Source: a virus
Lineage: Duplodnaviria > Caudoviricetes
Direction: 5' to 3' (one strand)
Virus record (IMG/VR): IMGVR_UViG_2510065010_000001
Location: 96,001-160,000 of that record
Length of the DNA stretch: 64,000 nt
The notes beneath the pieces were generated by a model, which was given only the letters and a program-made list of their open reading frames with translations, was not told where the DNA came from and made no database searches. How positions within the stretch are numbered: position 1 is the first letter of the stretch; every line of letters starts with the position of its first letter. Shown here in pieces: positions 57,110-64,000 of the stretch. The translations under genes and the position numbers were made by a program.

Positions 57110-58072
57110 ATGCGTTTATCCTTATCAAAAGGTTCAAGTGGGGTTATTAATCTCCCTAAAAACTTGAAAGTGAATGCACAAAGACTTCAGGGTGTTTTAG
57201 TAACAGTCCCGAACACCGATGATGAAGTTTTTGTGTGGAGGAATAATACCTGGTTACCAGACAAGTTTTTGCCCAGTATAGGGATAGAAGGACTTACTCT
57301 ATCTAATAATGCGATCGACGCTGACCACGATTTGAATTTTAGTGCGGGTGCTGCCCTAACTACGATTGGACAAAGAAGAGTCGCAAGACTCGATACAACT
57401 TTAGTAAAACAATTAGATAGTTCTTGGGAAGCTGGCAACAACAGCGGTGGTTTATTTAATGATGTAAACCTAGAAGCACCCAATACTTACCATTGCTTTC
57501 TTTTAGTTAATAACTCTACAGGAGAAGTGGATGCTGGTTTTGATGATAATCTAAATGCAGAAAATCGCCCAGCCGGATGGTCTGCTAGACGAGTTGGTTC
57601 CATTTTATATAGAGGTTCCAGCATTGTTGCGTTTAATCAGTTTGGGTGGTTTTTTGAGCATAAAACTCCCATAGTTGATTTGAATGGTGTTGAAATAGCC
57701 ACAACTAGTACTCTATATACGTTAAGTGTACCAACGGGATTACCTGTGGAGGCTTCCTTTATTTTTGCTGGTGGTTTAGCTGGTGATATTGAAGGCGGGG
57801 ACGTTAGTATTTCTGTGCAATCACCGGACCAAAACACGCAGACTCCAAATTTGGGTCCACACGTAGGTTCCTTTCGGGGAACTTATGGCAGCTTTTTTGT
57901 GTTTACTCCAGTAGACCTCACTGACACAACTACGGTTTTATCGTTACTCAGGCACACAAATGCAGAAGCAAAGATAAAGATGATTAGAACCGGAGAATAC
58001 TTAGGGAGTGCTTGGCAGACCACTTTAATAACTACTGGGTGGTATGACCATGCTTTGCTAAGGGGATACTGA
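57110..58072 (+). CDS. Tail fibre/receptor-binding protein, paralog 1
   Basis: EGLTLSNN..KQLD..W.AG...GG..TYH.FL..VDAGFD..P.GW..RR.GSI..F.Q.G..GWYD, shared with the next two genes. Confidence 0.7.
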   Translation: MRLSLSKGSSGVINLPKNLKVNAQRLQGVLVTVPNTDDEVFVWRNNTWLPDKFLPSIGIEGLTLSNNAIDADHDLNFSAGAALTTIGQRRVARLDTTLVKQLDSSWEAGNNSGGLFNDVNLEAPNTYHCFLLVNNSTGEVDAGFDDNLNAENRPAGWSARRVGSILYRGSSIVAFNQFGWFFEHKTPIVDLNGVEIATTSTLYTLSVPTGLPVEASFIFAGGLAGDIEGGDVSISVQSPDQNTQTPNLGPHVGSFRGTYGSFFVFTPVDLTDTTTVLSLLRHTNAEAKIKMIRTGEYLGSAWQTTLITTGWYDHALLRGY

Positions 58073-59028
58073 TGTACAGCAACCTGAACCCTTACGTAAT
58101 AAACGTATACTCTCAACGTCCGTTATGGAACGCTGCTTCTTTTCGTGGTCTGCATGTTAGAAGAACACAGGAGGCAACTACAAATGCACTCTTCTGGACA
58201 GGAACTCAATTTGAACCGCTGCCTTCTTTGAAAGCAACTCATCTCGAAGGTTTAACAATCGTAAACAACTCAACTAACCCAAACACGCATATCGATGTTA
58301 CACCCGGTTATTGTGTCACAACGGTTGGTGGTCGGTACGCTGTTCAAGCAGTTAGCTCGTTAACTAAAAACTTGGAAGCGACGTGGGCACCAGGAAACAA
58401 TAACGGTGGTCGTTTCAACTCTGTTTCTTTGACAGACAGCACTTACCATTTTTTCCTAATTTTCAACCCTCAAACAAAAGCGATCGATGCCGGGTTTGAT
58501 AGTGCAGTTAGCGGCACAAACATTCCTACAGGTTGGGTTGGTAGACGGTTAGGCTCAATCAGAAGGGTATCTGGTGCAATTGAGCTGTTTAATCAAATTG
58601 GTGCTTACTTTCAACGAAAGACTGTTGCTGTTGACTTAAACTCCATTGCTATACCAACTACGGGAGCTGATTATACGTTGAGTATTCCGGTTGGAAAATC
58701 CATGTTGGCGCATGGAAATTTTTCCCCTGGTGCAACCGCAATAAATGAAGCAATGGCACTAGTAGTCCATAGTCCTAATAAAACTAGTTTTGTGCCTAAC
58801 TCCAGTCCGGCTACTGCAGACTTTAAGGGTACATCTGGATCGTGGTTGTTTTACGATACCGTTGTTGACTACGCTCTGGTTTCACCAAACACAGAAGTTT
58901 GGGTACCAACTAACGGTAATGCTCAAGCTCATTTTCGTAGGACGGGAAACTATGCAGCTGACGTAAACCAGCAGTCAACTTTTCAGACTCTTGGGTGGTA
59001 TGATTTATCCCTACTGGAGGGTTTATGA
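58072..59028 (+). CDS. Tail fibre/receptor-binding protein, paralog 2
   Basis: Same motif series; TGATG coupling. Confidence 0.7.
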   Translation: MYSNLNPYVINVYSQRPLWNAASFRGLHVRRTQEATTNALFWTGTQFEPLPSLKATHLEGLTIVNNSTNPNTHIDVTPGYCVTTVGGRYAVQAVSSLTKNLEATWAPGNNNGGRFNSVSLTDSTYHFFLIFNPQTKAIDAGFDSAVSGTNIPTGWVGRRLGSIRRVSGAIELFNQIGAYFQRKTVAVDLNSIAIPTTGADYTLSIPVGKSMLAHGNFSPGATAINEAMALVVHSPNKTSFVPNSSPATADFKGTSGSWLFYDTVVDYALVSPNTEVWVPTNGNAQAHFRRTGNYAADVNQQSTFQTLGWYDLSLLEGL

Positions 59029-59990
59029 CACTCTTTCCAAGACGAAGTGGGTCTATTAACAATATCTGTCTGCATAGAAATTTTGACGCTACTTCAATTA
59101 AAAGTGTGCCTGTACCAACGCAAACTCCGTCAGTTGGGGAAATTCTTGGTAGGTTTAACACTGAGATTAAAACTGCTCCTTATTTTATTGCCACAGCACC
59201 AGAGGGGTTGAGTTTATCCTGGCATAGTAGCTCAGAGATAACGGTTAAATCTGGAAGAGCTGTCACAACTATTGGAGCTTACTGGCAAGCGTATTTACCT
59301 ACGGATGTAACAAAGAGTATTTCGTCCACCTGGACGTATGGAGGAGCTGGCGGAAGATTCTCTGGGGTAACTCTGGAAGCTGGCACCTATCATGTATTTT
59401 TGATTTACGATCTATCAACCGGATTAGTTGATGTTGGAATTGATAATAGTATAGTGGCAGCAAACAGACCGTCAGGATGGTTTGCTAGAAGGCTCGGCTC
59501 AATTGTCTACAAAGACGGTGTTATCTTAAAATTTTTCCAGAACGGGTTTTTGTTTGAGTACGATGTGCCTCAGCGAGATATTATTGACGGTGCAATTGCT
59601 GATACTCCAACGTTGTATGTGCTTACGTTACCAACAGGTTTAGCAGTAATCGCAAAAATAATACTCTCAGCTGGCGTACCTTTGATAGATTTAGGAGCAA
59701 AAGCCATAACGATTAGTATGCAATCTCCTTTGTCCACAATGTTACCCCCGCAAAGTACTATCCAGCTATCGACAGGTTTTCAGGGGATGGCAGGAGGTGT
59801 GTCCGTTGTTCACACTTTATCTTTTAATAACTCACTTACAGTAAACTCTTCGACTAGCGAGTATAAGATCCCCACAAATACGTCTGCTCAAATTCAAATG
59901 CAACGTATTGGTACGTATAACTGGACGCTAGCAACTACTAGTATTCAAACGCTTGGTTGGGAAGATTTCAACCTTTACAAAGGTGGGTAA
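59025..59990 (+). CDS. Tail fibre/receptor-binding protein, paralog 3
   Basis: Same motif series; ATGA coupling. Confidence 0.7.
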   Translation: MTLFPRRSGSINNICLHRNFDATSIKSVPVPTQTPSVGEILGRFNTEIKTAPYFIATAPEGLSLSWHSSSEITVKSGRAVTTIGAYWQAYLPTDVTKSISSTWTYGGAGGRFSGVTLEAGTYHVFLIYDLSTGLVDVGIDNSIVAANRPSGWFARRLGSIVYKDGVILKFFQNGFLFEYDVPQRDIIDGAIADTPTLYVLTLPTGLAVIAKIILSAGVPLIDLGAKAITISMQSPLSTMLPPQSTIQLSTGFQGMAGGVSVVHTLSFNNSLTVNSSTSEYKIPTNTSAQIQMQRIGTYNWTLATTSIQTLGWEDFNLYKGG

Positions 59991-60040
59991 ACTTCAATTA
60001 TCTAAAAGTAAATATTGACTGATCACAAAAGGTAAAACAA

Positions 60041-60493
60041 ATGTTTGTACAGAAAGATAGTAACGGCAATATCATTAGCGGAGCATTTGCAAACTTCCAG
60101 GAAGGCGTAGCTGAACACCCTATTACAGAAGAGGAGTGGCAAGAGTTTCAGGTGTCTCAGACAACTAATGTAAATGTGTTTTCAGTACAAACTCCAACAC
60201 AAAAACTATTTCAAAGGATAAAAGAACAGCCTGAGTTCCCTTGGCAAAAGTTTTACGATTCCGCAAAAATTTCAGTGGAAGCTCAAGCTGTTTTTACTTT
60301 ATTATTTACTGGACTAACTTCGAATCTATCCTTAGATTTTATTGCATCTAGATTCAAAGAACTTTTAGATATTTTAGAGCAAGATCCAAAACTTCCGAAG
60401 TTAACGGCTCCTGAAATGGATAAGTTTAGAGAAGTTTTACAAGAAAGTGGTATCGAACTAGCTTTATTTTTCGAATCAGAAACCTTTAACTAG
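60041..60493 (+). CDS. Probable tail-fibre assembly chaperone
   Basis: MFVQKDSNGNI..F...Q.G.AE N-terminus of the kind found after fibre genes; position. Confidence 0.5.
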   Translation: MFVQKDSNGNIISGAFANFQEGVAEHPITEEEWQEFQVSQTTNVNVFSVQTPTQKLFQRIKEQPEFPWQKFYDSAKISVEAQAVFTLLFTGLTSNLSLDFIASRFKELLDILEQDPKLPKLTAPEMDKFREVLQESGIELALFFESETFN

Positions 60494-60778
60494 CTTTACG
60501 AATTTTTGACCGCAGTATAACCCGATTAGCATAAAACAACTTGCAATAAGTGCTTGAACCCAGTTCATGTTTTTGATAAGCAATACTATTGGGATTGAAA
60601 GCTTGTTTACATGAAAAACAGAGAAGACAAAAACTAAAACAGCGATTAAAACGTGTTCTACTTTAGATCGTGTAGCTTTGTCCACTAAAGTATCTACAGT
60701 GAAGACAATGGCGGCTGCAGGTATAAAGGTTGCAATAAAGTAAGGGACAGTTAGCAGTAACAAGATGGGTAAACTCAT
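60476..60778 (-). CDS. Small multi-pass membrane protein
   Basis: About three hydrophobic segments; ATG 60778 lies just past the nrdJ terminator. Confidence 0.45.
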   Translation of the reverse strand: MSLPILLLLTVPYFIATFIPAAAIVFTVDTLVDKATRSKVEHVLIAVLVFVFSVFHVNKLSIPIVLLIKNMNWVQALIASCFMLIGLYCGQKFVKLVKGF

Positions 60779-60782
60779 GTTA

Positions 60783-60806
60783 GAAAGGGTGGGAAAACCC
60801 ACCCCG
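60783..60806 (-). terminator. Rho-independent terminator after nrdJ
   Basis: Minus strand GGGTGGG-tttt-CCCACCC followed by TTT, immediately after the stop codon. Confidence 0.7.
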
Positions 60807-60809
60807 GTA

Positions 60810-63800
60810 TTATTTTCTCGACTCACAAATCAGTCCTTCACAAGCACTATCCTGTGGTCCTGATTCAGTTTTGTTTTTTAAGTGTTTTGACAACAGCTTA
60901 TTAAAGTCTGAAGACTTCCGCCGTTGACTAACGCCTTTCATTAACTCGTTATACTTCTCTCTAGAAATAGCTTCATAGGGCAGTCTAGGAAAAGGAGCAT
61001 CGAATTTAGCTAATAGAGCCATCCCGACATAACCTTCATCATCCCGGATTGCTTCGTAAATGCGTTTTGCTAGCGGCTTAATCTCATCCTCTGATAATGA
61101 AATCGTAACACTACCTGTGTGTCCAATATAATTTTGCTGCACAACCATATAGAAATCAAAGTGCGCTAATGCGCTGAATTCTCGAAACTTGATATTTTCG
61201 AGTTCAGGGAAGGCATTCACAATTTGGTTTTTGACCGGAACTTCAACTAACCACTCTGTGCATCTATCATCAAAGGGGTCATTTAACAGTTTTCCAGTCT
61301 CGTCTTTGTCTGACTGAGAGGGAACTACATTGTACCCGTAGTCAATTGCAGCAAGTGCGACCGGATCGTTTTTACCAAAAGTCATCCGGCGTATAAAGTA
61401 AGCAGCAAACGGTGGGTGTAACCCGTTACAGTCGGTGCCCGTCAGCATAGACATAGAACCAGACGGTTTTACGGTAGTGCAGCGATTGGGTCGGCGTAGC
61501 CCGTGACGATCGCAATACTCGTATACAGTACACTCCACAACATCACGCCAGCGTTTGCAATACTCTGCCTCGATTCGTTTGTACAGTTTTCCAGCACAGT
61601 CATAGTCGAATCCGATTAGTTTACTGGCTCGAACAAGTAGGGAATCACCATCAGGAGATAAGTCATCCCAGTTAGGATTTCTTCCAGCCTCCCACCACCT
61701 TACATAATCAACACCAAACAGTTTGGTAAAGAACGTGAAAAACCCTGTAGCAGATACACCTACTATAGGGTCGATCGTTCTTGCATAGTTTATTCGAGGG
61801 TGTGCGAAGTCTCTTTGTAGTAGAGCACTTGCTTGCAGAGAGCTTGCTCTGAAAGCATCCTTCTGCTCCTGAAAGTTATACGGGTCTAATTGGTTTAAGT
61901 GAACTTCAGCTAAGTTGCACATGAAATCAGAGCCTATTATTTCGTGGCAATTGTGCGCAATATACCCTTCTACAACTCCCCAGTTTGTTGCTGGTTCAGA
62001 GAAATCATAAACTTTTTCGAAACCAATACTTTTGACAGATGTAATTCTCGGTGCCTGCCTAATTAGAAGACTTTGTAGTTTCTCTGTTTTATAACTCAGA
62101 GAGAAGTTAATTAAGTTGAAGAATAATAGACGTGATTCATACTGCTGAATACATACGTCATATGATTCTCTACAGGTGTACTCCCCGTTTCTAAACTTGA
62201 CTTTTTTAGGCTTATTTGTCGTGAAATAAGCGTTGATTCCAAATTCCCTTTTCAGTGAATTAATCACTTGAGTTACTAATTCTCTTGATGTTGTTTTGAG
62301 TGTCACCCTCCCTTCATTTTTCAAGACTGAACCGTTTGCTGTAAACAGCCCATTTAAAAACGCAGCTTTTTTATCTACGCTCCAATCTTTATAAGTTGTT
62401 GGTAAGCTTCTATCTGGGAGTGGTGCAGAAGAAAATCCGTCACTTATCAATTTGTCTTTTAAACCTTGAACGTAAACAGTAGACTGGCTGTTCCACTCAT
62501 ACATATATCCGCAGTCCTCTAAAAGACTAAGAAACTCTTGGTCTTTTGTGCCTATGTTTATTTCAACACCCAAATGGTTCGTTGATTTTAATCGACACAA
62601 ATTTCCATCTCCTTGAACAAAACCATCGATTACATACTCTTGCTTGTGATTCGGTACATTTAAGTAAGGAAGCAAGCGCTTACCTTTCAAATGTTTAGCG
62701 TCACAGTCTCCTTCAGTTGTGTACCATACGTGGTCTGGTGTACACTTTAGAATTTTTTTACTAGATAGCCTTAACCGAACAACCTCTTTTTCTCCTGAGC
62801 ACCAAACTTTAGAGTTGGATATGTTCCCATTCTTGTTTATTATTTTTGGTTCGGTATTTTCCAACTCAGCAAAAGACTTATAACCAGTTACGGTTAACAG
62901 TTTCATGTCTCCGGTAAAACAAGGATTTGCTGAATACCTCCTAATCCTATTCTCAAGAACTTTTTCGTCTAAGTCAGACCCGTTACTCAGAGACTTTAAG
63001 TATGCTTTTGCTGCTTCAATGCTCTCCTGGTATAGAGATAAAAATAAAGCTTTCTTTTCAGGTGAGTTTAATAAGTCGGCATTGGCACGGGCAACTGCTT
63101 CGCCGCTCCATTGAATTGCACCTTCACCAGAGTGATACTGTTTAGTAACAGCCTCAAGACATTCTTCGTAGGTTGGTTTTTTATGAAATGCACGAGTGTG
63201 GTTTGCACTCCTGAGCGCATCGCGTTTGTGATCGATCACCCAGTTACCACTTTCATCTTGCTGCCACAGGTTGTCTTTAGACGTAGTAAAATCAGGATCG
63301 TCTGAAGACCCTACACGTAGACCTGCTGAGTTATGTGTTAAGTAACCGTTGCAATAGAAACAATTAACTTCTTCAACTTCTATGTCATAAGTTTCCATAG
63401 TCTCGAAAAACTCTACAGATTCAACCGTAACCGGAATATCGATTTCTACGTCTGACTCCTGAGAATATTTCTCATAGTTTGAGTCATGCTGTCTGCTAGC
63501 GCTCAGTTTCATACCTCTCATTTGTGTGTAGGTATATTCTTCTCGCATTAAAGTCGCTGGTATTGTATACCCGTACATTTTGAGTCCTATTTTAATTGGA
63601 CCCTTCAGAGAGTATGGAGCTATCAAGCTGTTATACAAAGGCTTTAATGCTGGAATGTTTACGCTATGTCTAATATTCCAGTTGGGATTGCTTGGTAGAG
63701 ACATTGCATATCTGCCTGCAATTCCCAAACTAGATAGTACAGATCCAACCTGATAAATGAATGTTTTACTAATGTTTGTCACTAAAACGGGAGGTCTGTT

Positions 63801-63998
63801 GTAAATAGCGCCGTCACTATCTACTAAACCAGCTAAGTAAGCTGATCTGATCGAGGCATCCCCTTTTAGAATGAAATCTGGAACTTCTAATGACCGTCCA
63901 GCCTGTTTAATAAACTTGTGAAAGTATTCAGCCAAACGAATGGAACAGCAGTTAAACCTTATTGTGTTTTCACCTTTTATTGGAGTGACTTCTATATC
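60810..63998 (-). CDS. nrdJ: Class II (adenosylcobalamin) ribonucleotide reductase, monomeric/cyanobacterial type, with two inteins (5'-truncated)
   Basis: Spliced NP|CHEI active-site loop, CNLAEVHL, TTVKPSG, C-terminal CEGLIC and the PVALAAIDYGY..PSQSDKDE.G.LLNDPFD segment. The frame is open to the window edge. Confidence 0.92.
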   Translation of the reverse strand, partial: DIEVTPIKGENTIRFNCCSIRLAEYFHKFIKQAGRSLEVPDFILKGDASIRSAYLAGLVDSDGAIYNRPPVLVTNISKTFIYQVGSVLSSLGIAGRYAMSLPSNPNWNIRHSVNIPALKPLYNSLIAPYSLKGPIKIGLKMYGYTIPATLMREEYTYTQMRGMKLSASRQHDSNYEKYSQESDVEIDIPVTVESVEFFETMETYDIEVEEVNCFYCNGYLTHNSAGLRVGSSDDPDFTTSKDNLWQQDESGNWVIDHKRDALRSANHTRAFHKKPTYEECLEAVTKQYHSGEGAIQWSGEAVARANADLLNSPEKKALFLSLYQESIEAAKAYLKSLSNGSDLDEKVLENRIRRYSANPCFTGDMKLLTVTGYKSFAELENTEPKIINKNGNISNSKVWCSGEKEVVRLRLSSKKILKCTPDHVWYTTEGDCDAKHLKGKRLLPYLNVPNHKQEYVIDGFVQGDGNLCRLKSTNHLGVEINIGTKDQEFLSLLEDCGYMYEWNSQSTVYVQGLKDKLISDGFSSAPLPDRSLPTTYKDWSVDKKAAFLNGLFTANGSVLKNEGRVTLKTTSRELVTQVINSLKREFGINAYFTTNKPKKVKFRNGEYTCRESYDVCIQQYESRLLFFNLINFSLSYKTEKLQSLLIRQAPRITSVKSIGFEKVYDFSEPATNWGVVEGYIAHNCHEIIGSDFMCNLAEVHLNQLDPYNFQEQKDAFRASSLQASALLQRDFAHPRINYARTIDPIVGVSATGFFTFFTKLFGVDYVRWWEAGRNPNWDDLSPDGDSLLVRASKLIGFDYDCAGKLYKRIEAEYCKRWRDVVECTVYEYCDRHGLRRPNRCTTVKPSGSMSMLTGTDCNGLHPPFAAYFIRRMTFGKNDPVALAAIDYGYNVVPSQSDKDETGKLLNDPFDDRCTEWLVEVPVKNQIVNAFPELENIKFREFSALAHFDFYMVVQQNYIGHTGSVTISLSEDEIKPLAKRIYEAIRDDEGYVGMALLAKFDAPFPRLPYEAISREKYNELMKGVSQRRKSSDFNKLLSKHLKNKTESGPQDSACEGLICESRK
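61950..62921 (-). mobile_element. Intein (324 aa) with a LAGLIDADG endonuclease, inserted at the catalytic NP|C site
   Basis: Starts CFTGD, block B CTPDH, GFVQGDG and FLNGLFTANGS, ends VYDF..GYIAHN followed by Cys. Confidence 0.92.
63330..63998 (-). mobile_element. Intein with a LAGLIDADG endonuclease (N-terminal part outside the window)
   Basis: AYLAGLVDSDG; ends TYDIEV..FYCNGYLTHN followed by Ser (SAG). Confidence 0.9.
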
Positions 63999-64000
63999 TA

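Noticed and set aside
57110-59990. Diversity-generating retroelement or invertible fibre cassette
   Set aside because: No reverse transcriptase, recombinase, inverted repeats or near-identical TR/VR pair seen; all three genes are full-length and on the same strand.
60779-60826. Track start at 60826 for the membrane protein
   Set aside because: It overlaps the nrdJ end and spans its terminator hairpin; ATG 60778 is more plausible.
319-63305. Numerous 60-140 aa track ORFs nested in or antisense to long genes (e.g. 39309..39737, 53326..53709, 56401..56643)
   Set aside because: They overlap well-supported CDSs and show no motifs; they are shadow ORFs.
1-64000. CRISPR arrays, tRNA/rRNA genes, IS elements or stop-codon reassignment
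   Set aside because: Intergenic gaps are short and explained by promoters and terminators. No spaced repeats, cloverleafs or transposase were seen, and the standard code gives dense intact ORFs.

Overview
This window is a continuous piece of a large contractile-tailed (myovirus-type) phage or prophage genome, most likely from a cyanobacterial host: it has 8 exact HIP1 GCGATCGC sites and a cyanobacterial-type class II ribonucleotide reductase. It holds most of the virion module: GH19 lysin, tail-assembly chaperone, portal, Mu-type prohead protease/scaffold, major capsid, neck, sheath, tube, baseplate, terminase large subunit and three paralogous fibre genes. It ends in an nrdJ gene with two inteins, truncated at the window edge. 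Four observations stand out. (1) The giant, left-truncated ORF1 carries a two-barrel RNA-polymerase-like catalytic signature (RRGGAP...MQVP...GDFDGD), so it may be a virion-delivered RNA polymerase. (2) A 5,284-aa tape-measure-like protein combines tandem PLD-type nuclease motifs, a zincin HExxH motif, glycine-zipper membrane modules and three different peptidoglycan hydrolase domains. (3) A promoter-like element, TTGARC-N8-GYTCAA-N9-TANNNT (22-23 nt from first hexamer to -10), recurs before ten structural transcription units. (4) A lambda-type GGGAAAG -1 frameshift joins two chaperone ORFs. All calls come from motif reading and gene order; no database searches were run.
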